Of a DNA stretch of 64,000 nucleotides, positions 19,102 to 27,760 are shown in pieces (the stretch's first letter is position 1; every line of letters starts with the position of its first letter). The position numbers and the translations under genes are program-made. Below the pieces are notes generated by a model. That model made no database searches, had not been told where the DNA came from, and saw nothing but the letters and a program-made list of their open reading frames with translations. The stretch covers positions 224,001 through 288,000 of the forward strand of contig CAVUMN010000003.1 in assembly GCA_963742735.1 (NCBI GenBank), given 5' to 3'. Source of the stretch: an uncultured Actinomycetes bacterium. GTDB taxonomy: Bacteria; Actinomycetota; UBA4738; JBBDTT01.

Positions 19102-19318
19102 GGGCCCTCACAGACGTGGGGCGTGCAGTGGTGGGCTGGGGCGAGCATGTGGGTCCGAAGCCTGAAGGGCAGCCCTCGTACCTGTCAAGAGTTGCGGAGT
19201 GGACACCCGCGGACCGTCGAGTTCCGACTCGGGACCCAGGCGAAGTGGCACCTTGTCAGTCCCTCCGGACGCGTAGGACAATGCGCCGCCAGGGCAGCGC
19301 AACCGCAGGAAGGGACCG

Positions 19319-19942
19319 ATGAAGCGTCAACCCGCCGCTCCTCCCGGCCCCGGCCGGGCAGCCGAGCCGTCCTCGCGTCGCCGCCGCAACCCCCTGAGCA
19401 GGCTCACCAGCGTGCAGGGGTTCACGCCGATCCGTCCCGCCCTGCTCCCGGTGGTTCGGCCGCAGATGTTCCTGGTCCGCTACCTGCTGCCCCTGCAGAA
19501 GCGAGCCCTCAAGGTGGGCAAGGTCCACTTCATGCGCTTCGTGGTCATGCGGGAGCTTCCCCACGCCGGCGGGAAGGAGATGAGCCAGCGGCTGAACTAT
19601 CCCTACGTCTTCTTCGAGAGCTACTTCGACGGCGAGCTGGGCCACTATCTCGACGCCTTCGCCTACGTGTTCCCGGTCGTGCTCATCCAGGCCTGGGGAG
19701 CCGGGTTCGACTTCCCCAAGCCGCCCCCCTCGGAGCCGATGAAGGCCTGGGTCACTCGCAACATGCTTCGGGGCGCCCACACGTACTCCGCGTACCCGGA
19801 GGCGACCGTCCAGATGGTGCGGGCCTCGCTGAACGTCCGCGACCGCCTCCGGGAGCTCCTCAGGACCGCTCCCGGCCTGAGCCCCGGAGCCTTCAAGGCG
19901 GCGTACGAGGAGTTCCTGACCGATCTGCAGGGCGATCTGTAG
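19319..19942 (+). CDS. DyP-associated hypothetical protein A, copy 2
   Basis: VHFMRFVV, YVFFESYFDG...YLDAFAYV, FPKPPPSEPMKAWV, YSAYPEA; paralog of 10921-11532. Confidence 0.85.
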   Translation: MKRQPAAPPGPGRAAEPSSRRRRNPLSRLTSVQGFTPIRPALLPVVRPQMFLVRYLLPLQKRALKVGKVHFMRFVVMRELPHAGGKEMSQRLNYPYVFFESYFDGELGHYLDAFAYVFPVVLIQAWGAGFDFPKPPPSEPMKAWVTRNMLRGAHTYSAYPEATVQMVRASLNVRDRLRELLRTAPGLSPGAFKAAYEEFLTDLQGDL

Positions 19943-20499
19943 TGGGCGAGCGTCGCAACCGCCGCGGGATCCACTACGGGCTCACCGTGTTCACGCCGAT
20001 CGCCGAGGGCAAGGAGGCCGAGGTTCGGGCGCGGATCGAGTCCCTGCAGCCCGACGAGGACAGCCCGTTGGCCGGCCTCGACTCCCTGCACTTCGCGCGC
20101 CTCGTGATCATGGACCGCATCAACGCGTTCGGGCCGAAGCAGAAGAAGCCCGACACCCTGAAGTACCCCTACCTGGTGTTCACCGCCGTCTTCGACGGCG
20201 ACCTCGACCGGTTCCTGGACGCGATCTGCGACCGCATCCCCGATGCGGCCGACGACTGGTGGGGCGCCTGCGTGGGGTACCCCGGGACCTCCGACCGCCG
20301 GGCGTTCGCCGACTACATCCGAGCGCACCAGATCGACGCGGCCGTGTTCGAGGGGGCCGAGCAGAAGTCCACCGTGGCCGAGCGTCTCGCCAGCCTGGAT
20401 CTGCGGGACCGGGTCATCCGGTTCGCCGGCGAGGGACAGTCGCTCGACCCGGCCGCGCTCAAGGAGCGCTTCCTGGCCTCGTTCGCGGGAGACGCATGA
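19942..20499 (+). CDS. DyP-associated hypothetical protein B, copy 2
   Basis: GTG overlapping the upstream TAG; GERRNRRGIHYGLTVFTP, LHFARLVI, FDGDLDRFLDAIC, WWGACVGYPG. Confidence 0.85.
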   Translation: MGERRNRRGIHYGLTVFTPIAEGKEAEVRARIESLQPDEDSPLAGLDSLHFARLVIMDRINAFGPKQKKPDTLKYPYLVFTAVFDGDLDRFLDAICDRIPDAADDWWGACVGYPGTSDRRAFADYIRAHQIDAAVFEGAEQKSTVAERLASLDLRDRVIRFAGEGQSLDPAALKERFLASFAGDA

Positions 20500-21908
20500 G
20501 CGAGGCGACGCCGACTCGGCTCGAGGGCCGGCCTCCCGAGCTGGGGCGGCGCCCGCCCGAGCCGGCCGCGGTCGACCTTGCCGATCTGCAGGGCAACGTC
20601 CTTCGCGGCTACACGTACCCGACCGCCGCCTACATCTTTCTGCGCATCGACGACCCCGCCCGGGCCCGGACCCTCCTCGGCTCGATGCTGCCGCAGGTGA
20701 CCACGGCCGAGCCGTGGTCGAACGGGGGGCCGCACACCGCCATGCAGGTCGCGTTCACCAACACGGGACTGCAGGCGCTCGGCGTGTCGGAGAGCATCCT
20801 CGAGACGTTTCCGCCGGAGTTCCGCGAGGGGATGGCCGCCCGAGCGGAGCTCCTGGGCGATCGTGGCCCCTCGGCGCCCGAGCGATGGGACCCGGGGTTG
20901 GGCACCGGCGAGGCGCACGTCCTGGTGACCGTCTACGCGGACGACGACGCGCATCTCCAGGAACGGCGGGCGCAGCTCCACGAGATCGGCCAGGCCGCCG
21001 GCGCGTCGACGGTCGTCCACGAGCAGCGTGCCGCGGCCCTGCCCGGAGGGCGGGATCAGTTCGGATTCTTCGACGGGATCGCCCAGCCGGACGTCCGGGG
21101 CAACGGGGTCCAGGCGCGGCCGGGGGACGGCCACCCGAACGGCAAGGGGCGGTGGCGGTCGCTGGCCACCGGCGAGTTCCTCCACGGCTACCCCGACGAG
21201 GACGGTGGGCTCCCCGCCGCCCCGGCGGCCCCGCTCGATCGCAACGGGACGTTCGCGGTGTACCGCAAGCTCGCGACGGACGTCGCCGGGTTCCGTGCCT
21301 ACCTCCATGAGCGCGGGCAGCACTATCCGGGTGGAGCGGAGATGCTCGCGGCCAAGATCGTCGGCCGCTGGCCGGACGGCACCCCGCTGGAGCTCTCTCC
21401 GGACCGGCCCGACGCGGCGATCTCCGGCGATCCGAACCGGATCAACGACTTCACCTACGCCGACGACGACGCCGGTCTCCGATGCCCCGTGGGCGCGCAC
21501 ATCCGCCGTGTGAACCCTCGCGAGTCCAAGGGGTTCTTCGACGGCGCGCTCAGCCTGCGGCACCGCATCATCCGACGCGGCCGCCCCTACGGGCCCGCGC
21601 TCCCGGAGGGGGCCCTCGAGGACGACGGCCAGGACCGCGGGCTCGTCTTCGTCTGCTTCGAGGCGAGCATCGCGAGGCAGTTCGAGATCATCCAGGCCCT
21701 GTGGATCGACGACGGGGATCCGTTCGGCCTGGGTCGGGACCGAGACTTCTTCGTCGGCCAGCCGGAGGGAGACGACGGCAAGATGACGATCCCCGGACGC
21801 CCGCCGTTCTTCCTGACGCCCCAGCCGGGGTTCGTGACGTGCCGGGGCGGCGAATACCTCTACCAGCCGAGCCTGACGGGCCTCCGCTGGCTCGCCGAGG
21901 GGGGCTGA
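20496..21908 (+). CDS. DyP-type heme peroxidase, copy 2
   Basis: ATGA overlap; FGFFDGIAQP, CPVGAHIRRVNPRE, HRIIRRGRPYG; long stretches identical to copy 1. Confidence 0.92.
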   Translation: MSEATPTRLEGRPPELGRRPPEPAAVDLADLQGNVLRGYTYPTAAYIFLRIDDPARARTLLGSMLPQVTTAEPWSNGGPHTAMQVAFTNTGLQALGVSESILETFPPEFREGMAARAELLGDRGPSAPERWDPGLGTGEAHVLVTVYADDDAHLQERRAQLHEIGQAAGASTVVHEQRAAALPGGRDQFGFFDGIAQPDVRGNGVQARPGDGHPNGKGRWRSLATGEFLHGYPDEDGGLPAAPAAPLDRNGTFAVYRKLATDVAGFRAYLHERGQHYPGGAEMLAAKIVGRWPDGTPLELSPDRPDAAISGDPNRINDFTYADDDAGLRCPVGAHIRRVNPRESKGFFDGALSLRHRIIRRGRPYGPALPEGALEDDGQDRGLVFVCFEASIARQFEIIQALWIDDGDPFGLGRDRDFFVGQPEGDDGKMTIPGRPPFFLTPQPGFVTCRGGEYLYQPSLTGLRWLAEGG

Positions 21909-21914
21909 CCCGAG

Positions 21915-22802
21915 CTACTTCGTGCGCCCGGCCTTGTCGTCGAAGGCCTGGCCGGTCGCGCCGAGGACGCCGGCCAGCAGGTTCGTCAGCTCCATCGGGA
22001 TGACGAACTTCGTGGACGGTGACAGGCCGATCTGCTTGAGGGCCTCCAGGTACTGAAGGCTCATCGTGTTCGCGTCGATCCCCTTCGCCGTCTCGAAGAT
22101 CTTCTGCAGCGCGAGCGCGAAGCCCTCGGCCTGCAGGATCGCGGCCTGACGAAGACCCTGGGCGTTGAGGATCGCGGCGTCCTTGTTGCCCTCGGCGATG
22201 GTGACCGCGGCCTCGCGCGTGCCCTCGGCCTCGGTGACCACGGCCCGCCGGGTTCGCTCGGCGGACATCTGACGGGTCATCGCGTCCAGGACGTCGGGCG
22301 GGGGCAGGATCTCGCGGACCTCGACGTTCGTCACCTTCACGCCCCATCGCTCGGTGACCTCGTCGAGCTTCGCGCGCAGCGTCTCGTTGATCTGGTCGCG
22401 CTTGGCCAGCACATCGTCCAGGGACATGTCGCCGACCACGCTCCGCAGGGTCGTGGCCGCGATCGACTGGGCGGCGCCGGCGAAGTTCTGGACCTGGATC
22501 ACGCTCATCGCCGGGTCGACGACCTTGTAGAAGACGATGAAGTCGATGTTGATCGAGGCGTTGTCCTTCGTGATCGCGGTCTGCGAGGGGATCTCCAGGT
22601 AGAACTCGCGCAGGTCGACCCACACGCCCTTGTCCACGATGGGGATCAGGATCACCAGGCCCGGGCCCTTCGTCCCGATGGCCCGGCCCAAGCGAAACAC
22701 CATCAGCCGCTGGTACTCGGGGACGACCTTCAGCGCCGCGCGCAGGAACAGCAGCACGAACAGGACGACGACGCCGATGATGATCAGGCTGGTCGGACTC
22801 AT
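21915..22802 (-). CDS. SPFH/band 7 stomatin-like protein
   Basis: N-terminal TM, FRLGR...GPGL, ITKDN, TTLRSVVG, WGVKVTNVE, AER.RRA. Confidence 0.93.
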   Translation of the reverse strand: MSPTSLIIIGVVVLFVLLFLRAALKVVPEYQRLMVFRLGRAIGTKGPGLVILIPIVDKGVWVDLREFYLEIPSQTAITKDNASINIDFIVFYKVVDPAMSVIQVQNFAGAAQSIAATTLRSVVGDMSLDDVLAKRDQINETLRAKLDEVTERWGVKVTNVEVREILPPPDVLDAMTRQMSAERTRRAVVTEAEGTREAAVTIAEGNKDAAILNAQGLRQAAILQAEGFALALQKIFETAKGIDANTMSLQYLEALKQIGLSPSTKFVIPMELTNLLAGVLGATGQAFDDKAGRTK

Positions 22803-24148
22803 CAGGTTTCGCTTCCTCTCTTGGCCGGGGCGGGCTCCGCCGCCTCGTCGGTCTCCGCCGGCTCGACCTCGAGCCGAAGGCTGTTCACGGCGCGGACCCG
22901 CACCGGCGCGCCCTTGGGGATCGCCGCTCCGTTGGTGTAGGCGCTCCAGGACTCGCCGCGGACCCGGACGTTGCCGCCCTGGGCGATGCGCGTCTCGGCG
23001 ACGCCGACCGAGCCGATCAGCGCCTCCTGTCCGGCCTCGACCGGCAGGCGCCGGGCCTCCAGGACCTTCTTGACGGTGAACCCGAAGAACAGCGCGAGGA
23101 GCACCGCCACGGCGCCGATCATCGGGATCGACACGCGGGCGTTCGGCACGCTCGAGTCGAACAGGAACAGCCCGCCCAGGATCAGCGTGACCAGGCCGAT
23201 GCCGGTCGCGGCTCCCGTTCCCGGCGCCTTGAGGTCCACGAAGAACGAGATCGCCGAGATCGCGAGCAGGACGAGGCCCACGACCGTGACCGGGAGCTGG
23301 CCCAGCGCGATGAACGACGCAGCGATCATCAGCAGGCCCAGCACGCCGGGCACCGAGACCCCCGGGTGCAGCGCCTCGACGATCAGCAGGATGAGCCCCA
23401 GGAAGAAGAACAGGAAGGCCAGGTCCGGCGTCAGCAGACCGTGCAGGATCGACGCCCCGAGCCCCATGTTCCGCTCGACGACGATTGCGCCGGCGGTGAA
23501 CAGGGTCACCGTCTCGCCGGCCGCAACCTCGACCTCGCGGCCATCCGCCGCGGCGAGAAGCTCCGTTCGATCAGGGGCGATGAGGTCGATCACGTCCAGT
23601 TCGAGAGCCTCCTCGGCGGTGGCGCTGACCGACTGCCTCACCGCGCGCTCCGCCCAGTCGGCGTTGCGGCCGCGTGCCTCGGCGAGAGATCTGATGTACG
23701 CCGCCGCGTCGTTCTCGGCCTTCTGCGACTCGATCACGCCCGACACGCCGACGGGGTGGGCGGCACCGACGTTCGTTCCGGGAGCCATCGCCGCGAGCGG
23801 ACAGGCGATCAGGATGAACGCCCCGGCGCTCGCCGCCCGCGCTCCCTGCGGTCCAACCCAGCAGATCACCGGGACGCGCGAGTTGAGGACCGCCTGGATG
23901 ATGTCGCGCATGGACGAGGACAGCCCGCCCGGCGTGTCGATCGTCAGGAGGATCGCCTCGTTGCCCGCGGCTTCCGCGTCATCGATCGCCTCCTGCACGT
24001 AGGAGGCCAGGAACGGGTCCACCACGCCCTCGAGCGAGACCTCCAGGACGGGCGCAGGCTGGCTGCCCTGGGCGGATGCGGTCGAGGAGAGGCCGAGGAT
24101 GCCGGCGAGCAGGAGCACGATCGCGAGCGGGAGGCGAACGCTTCTCAC
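22802..24148 (-). CDS. nfeD: Long-form NfeD (ClpP-class membrane serine protease plus OB fold)
   Basis: IDTPGG, AASAGAFI, APGTNVGAAHPV, TM bundle, VRGESWSA; coupled to the SPFH gene. Confidence 0.92.
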   Translation of the reverse strand: MRSVRLPLAIVLLLAGILGLSSTASAQGSQPAPVLEVSLEGVVDPFLASYVQEAIDDAEAAGNEAILLTIDTPGGLSSSMRDIIQAVLNSRVPVICWVGPQGARAASAGAFILIACPLAAMAPGTNVGAAHPVGVSGVIESQKAENDAAAYIRSLAEARGRNADWAERAVRQSVSATAEEALELDVIDLIAPDRTELLAAADGREVEVAAGETVTLFTAGAIVVERNMGLGASILHGLLTPDLAFLFFFLGLILLIVEALHPGVSVPGVLGLLMIAASFIALGQLPVTVVGLVLLAISAISFFVDLKAPGTGAATGIGLVTLILGGLFLFDSSVPNARVSIPMIGAVAVLLALFFGFTVKKVLEARRLPVEAGQEALIGSVGVAETRIAQGGNVRVRGESWSAYTNGAAIPKGAPVRVRAVNSLRLEVEPAETDEAAEPAPAKRGSET

Positions 24149-24234
24149 GTCCTCTCCATGATCGCACCCGCGCGCGGACTGCGTGCGGTTGCGGGGCCCG
24201 ATCCGGGAAACGGTGACTCACGGCACCGCACGAG

Positions 24235-24250
24235 GGTGATAATGATCACC
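24235..24250. promoter_or_regulatory. Palindromic operator, CRP/GlxR-like
   Basis: GGTGAT-AATG-ATCACC between divergent nfeD and ECF sigma genes; a weaker GGTGA-N6-GCACC lies at 24212-24227. Confidence 0.45.
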
Positions 24251-24309
24251 GAGGCTCGTCAGTCCCCGGACGGGCGGGCTCACGTACTACCGAGCGAAGG
24301 AGCGGCACG

Positions 24310-24879
24310 TTGGCGTTCCCCATCGAAGGGCCCCTGACCCCGGAGGTGGAACGGCAGTTGATGCGAGATCTCACGCTCGGCAACGAGGAGGCGGTGCGCG
24401 TGCTCTACGCGCGCTTCTCCCGTCCCGTCTACACGCTGGGCCGGCGGCTCCTCGGCACGCCCGAGGCCGCCGAGGAGCTCACCCAGGACGTGTTCCTCGC
24501 CGCGTGGCGCAAGGCCCCGCGGTTCGACCCCGCGCGCGGACGGCTCTCCACCTGGCTGATGACCATCGCCCACAACCTGGCGGTCGACCGGATCCGCCAC
24601 GACCGCGGGACCACCAGGCCGCCGCTGGTCCTGGTCGACGAGCTGCCCGAGCCGCTCGACCTGCCCGAGGAGGACGAGGCCGCGCTGAACCGCGAGACCG
24701 CTCGGCGGGCCATGGCCACGCTGAGCCCGGCCGAGCGCAAGCTGCTCTCGCTCGCGTATTTCCACGGGTGGACCGCCCGTGAGATCGCCCTGGCCGACGG
24801 GATCCCCCTCGGAACCGTGAAGACCCGGCTGCGCACGGCGCTCATCCGCCTGCGCCGGACCCAGATCAAGGCGGAGTGA
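24310..24879 (+). CDS. ECF sigma factor (SigK-like)
   Basis: AEELTQDVFLAAWRKA..FDPARG..STWLMTIAHNLAVD; LAYFHG, IPLGTVKTRLR; AAGGAG RBS before TTG. Confidence 0.92.
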   Translation: MAFPIEGPLTPEVERQLMRDLTLGNEEAVRVLYARFSRPVYTLGRRLLGTPEAAEELTQDVFLAAWRKAPRFDPARGRLSTWLMTIAHNLAVDRIRHDRGTTRPPLVLVDELPEPLDLPEEDEAALNRETARRAMATLSPAERKLLSLAYFHGWTAREIALADGIPLGTVKTRLRTALIRLRRTQIKAE

Positions 24880-25664
24880 TGGCCCGGCAGAGCTCTCCCA
24901 CCTCCGGCGTCTCCTCGATCGCCTGCGCGGACGTTCGCGAGCGGCTCGACGAGTACGTCCTCGGGGCCCTGGACCAGGAGGACAGCCGGCGGCTGTCCCG
25001 CCACCTGGAGTGGTGCGCCGGATGCCGCAAGGAGCTCGCCGAGCTCGAGGAGGGCGTCGCCGCGGTGGGCCTGGCCCTCGAGCCGATCGCGCCGCCGGCC
25101 GAGCTCGAGGCGAAGGTGGTCGAGCGCGTCGCCCTGGCCACCGGGGCCCGGGCCCGCGAGCGCCGCCGGTTCCGGATCGTCACCACGATCGCGGTGCTGG
25201 CCACGTTCTTCGGCGTCGCGTCGCTCGGCTACGCGGCCGCCGTCGCCGGCAAGCTGTCCCGGCTGGAGGCCGAGTCCGCCACGGCGGTCGAGCAGGCGCA
25301 GGTGCTCCAGGGGCTGCTCGACACCTTCGGCGGCCGCCAGATCCTTCCCGCCCGCCTCGGCCCCGTCGAGGGCCGCGAGGGCGGCGGCCAGGCCATCGTC
25401 TATCTCTCCGGCGCCGACAGCTCCGACTGGGTGCTGGTCATCGCCGGCGGCCTGCCGGCGGGGGGCGGGCCGTACCACGCGAGCCTGGTCCACGGCAGCG
25501 GCATCGAGGTCCCGATCGGGGAGATGTTCCCGAGCCAGGAGGGACAGGTCAGCGCGTACCGGTTCTTCACCCAAGACCTTGCGTCGTTCCGCCGCATCGT
25601 CGTGACGAACGACGCCGGCCAGGTCGTCCTGCGCGGAGTGATCCAGGCCCTAGAGGCCGGCTGA
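24879..25664 (+). CDS. Membrane anti-sigma factor (zinc-binding HxxxCxxC, RskA-like)
   Basis: EYVLGAL...HLEWCAGC, single TM, extracytoplasmic domain; coupled to the sigma gene. Confidence 0.85.
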   Translation: MARQSSPTSGVSSIACADVRERLDEYVLGALDQEDSRRLSRHLEWCAGCRKELAELEEGVAAVGLALEPIAPPAELEAKVVERVALATGARARERRRFRIVTTIAVLATFFGVASLGYAAAVAGKLSRLEAESATAVEQAQVLQGLLDTFGGRQILPARLGPVEGREGGGQAIVYLSGADSSDWVLVIAGGLPAGGGPYHASLVHGSGIEVPIGEMFPSQEGQVSAYRFFTQDLASFRRIVVTNDAGQVVLRGVIQALEAG

Positions 25665-25936
25665 GCCAAGATGCGGGCGCGGGAGCTGGGCTGGCACGGG
25701 CAGCCGGACGTCGAGCCCTTTTTGATGGCTGGCACTCCGTCGGCGAGGGCTGGGTGTTCCGGTTCTCCGAGGCGGATAGAGACGAAGTCATCGAGCCGGC
25801 CTAGCAACTTCGCGCAGGTCGCCGGCGGGACCGGGCAACGAGGGGGGGGACGGCCGGCGCGGGAGCAGCAGGCCATAGTCAGATGATCCGCTGGGCTCGA
25901 GACACGAGCGAAGGGCAGGAAAAGAGATCGGGACAT

Positions 25937-26215
25937 TCAGCTCGCTGCGGAAACCCCTCGACCCGCCCCACGAGACAAGCCAAGCAAGACGCTTGAAGCT
26001 ATAACCCCAACCCCAAGAATCAGAATCTGGCGGGGTTGCCGATTCACTGGGCAGGAGGCGATTTTCGGGTCCGGGGCGCGCATCCCGTCCGGACCCCGCG
26101 AAGGGATCACGCAATCCCGAAACTGTGGGACCAAGAGCGCCGCTACGATCGAGCCGAGAAGGATCATCCCTGCAAAGACCCCAAAAGCCACGCGAAGTCT
26201 CTGGCTTCTCGCCAT
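25937..26215 (-). CDS. Small two-TM hypothetical protein
   Basis: Two hydrophobic segments flanking a loop with two Cys; lower GC; start uncertain. Confidence 0.45.
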   Translation of the reverse strand: MARSQRLRVAFGVFAGMILLGSIVAALLVPQFRDCVIPSRGPDGMRAPDPKIASCPVNRQPRQILILGVGVIASSVLLGLSRGAGRGVSAAS

Positions 26216-26289
26216 AGCTACAACTCGTTCTGTTGATAACGCGGTGATGTTGACAACCGGCGTAACGTTACTCGATGGAGGGTTGACAC

Positions 26290-27069
26290 GTGACGACGTC
26301 CCGTCTTCGTCAACTGGCTTCCATCGCATCACTGCTGCTAGTTGTGGCGTCGATCGTTCCGGTCAGGAGCGCATACGCCCAGGACCCACTCACCTGTATC
26401 ACGGAGGAGTCGATCTTCTGGGGCTATCAGTCCGGAGGCCAGTTTCGGCAGCAGTACGGAACGAAATCCGATCACACCGTCAGGAATCGCGGAGTCAACG
26501 CCGCTTGTGATGGCGCCAACGCAGGCAGTACCAGCAATAACTTTCTCGGCACCTACCAAGGGAATTGGATTGAGGGGGGGTGGTTTATCTGGAAGGACTC
26601 CCCAACGGCGCCCAAGGAGTACCACTGGTTCGTGGAGGCGGCGATCAATGGCGCGCTCCTGATAAATCCCGTTCCCCATGGGGAGCTGACGTCCAAGTGC
26701 GACAAGGCAGTGGGCGATGGAACGGCTCTTCAGTTCAAGGTGGCGCACTTTCCCATCGGCTCAACGGACTGGATTGTCGACCTAAATTGCCTTGATGGAC
26801 AGGGTTGGCAGAACCTTCGGACACTCGACAACCTCGGCTGGTACACCGGCCTCTCTATGGTCGAAACCTTTCGCTTTGGGGGGACACTCACAGGGATGGC
26901 CGACGATCAGGACAACATTCAGCGCAAGGACTCCAGCAACGTCTGGCGTAACTGGGCCGATATGTCGTGCCACAGTGACAACGCGAGCAACTGGCACGGC
27001 GGGTACATATCCACCGACCACTACAAGACGACCAAATCGACTCTGAACTACTGTCCTGGACCGGTCTGA
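26290..27069 (+). CDS. Secreted Cys-containing protein, possibly a neprosin-like glutamic peptidase
   Basis: GGAGGG RBS; signal peptide ending SAYA; NWIEGGW motif; six Cys; lower GC than flanks. Confidence 0.6.
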   Translation: MTTSRLRQLASIASLLLVVASIVPVRSAYAQDPLTCITEESIFWGYQSGGQFRQQYGTKSDHTVRNRGVNAACDGANAGSTSNNFLGTYQGNWIEGGWFIWKDSPTAPKEYHWFVEAAINGALLINPVPHGELTSKCDKAVGDGTALQFKVAHFPIGSTDWIVDLNCLDGQGWQNLRTLDNLGWYTGLSMVETFRFGGTLTGMADDQDNIQRKDSSNVWRNWADMSCHSDNASNWHGGYISTDHYKTTKSTLNYCPGPV

Positions 27070-27070
27070 C

Positions 27071-27661
27071 ATGGAGGTTGTCTTGGGGCGGAGATGGCGC
27101 GCTCTGACGGTAGGACTCCTTCTCGTTCTTCTAACCGCGTGCGCTGGGCTGGGTGGTCCGGCGCAGGAGGCTATGCCTGCCCCAGACGAACCTCCGGCCC
27201 GAGGCCCCGCTCTGAACTGGGATCAACCGAGTATCTGCGGTGTACACGTGGGGAATGCTGAGGCCGCGAGAGACGACCTGAATTTCGTCCCCGAGGATGC
27301 CCGAACCTTGGGTGAACCGGAAGCGATCACGCTCGACGGTATCTGTGTACCCCGCGCCAATAGAACTCTCGCGTTTGTATTCAACGACAGCCGGGGACGA
27401 TTCCTCGTCCTCCAACGGGCCGCCGGGCAGCGAACGGAGGAGAGCCTGACCGGACTGCTCGCCTACAACAGCCCGACGAATCTCACCAAACTCTCAACGA
27501 CCTCGATCCGCGGGAACATTACGGCGCTACTCATTCAGGCTGGTGGCCCGGGCCAAGCAAACAGCATTGAGTGGATCGAAGGTGGCGTGGACTACGTCAT
27601 CCTGGGCCCTATGGAAACGTTCTCGCTGGAGCTCGCCGAACAACTCGCGAACGAACTCTGA
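27071..27661 (+). CDS. Lipoprotein of unknown function
   Basis: Lipobox LLTA|C; starts 2 nt after the upstream stop; C-terminus IEWIEGGVDYVILGP...LANEL is reminiscent of DUF4367-like domains. Confidence 0.65.
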   Translation: MEVVLGRRWRALTVGLLLVLLTACAGLGGPAQEAMPAPDEPPARGPALNWDQPSICGVHVGNAEAARDDLNFVPEDARTLGEPEAITLDGICVPRANRTLAFVFNDSRGRFLVLQRAAGQRTEESLTGLLAYNSPTNLTKLSTTSIRGNITALLIQAGGPGQANSIEWIEGGVDYVILGPMETFSLELAEQLANEL

Positions 27662-27760
27662 GCAGCGAAATCCCGAGCGGACCGTGCGACGAGTGCGGCC
27701 TCCCGTGGCCGTTCGTTTGCATAGCGTTCCCCCTCTATATTGCTCGCCCGCCGTACCCCG

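Noticed and set aside
16282-19941. Very long antisense or alternative-frame ORFs (for example 16282-20499 and 41034-43655 upstream parts, 38373-41039, 27740-30133, 31219-33369)
   Set aside because: These are shadows of real high-GC genes, with Arg/Gly/Pro-rich translations and no motifs; only the 3' portions annotated above look real.
8946-21908. DyPs as encapsulin cargo or Tat-exported enzymes
   Set aside because: Both end in ...LRWLAEG(NS/G) with no GSLxIGSL-type targeting peptide, have no twin-Arg signal, and no encapsulin gene is in the window.
25665-25936. Possible gene fragment or G8 run at the islet boundary
   Set aside because: No convincing start, motif or repeat; cannot be supported as a feature.
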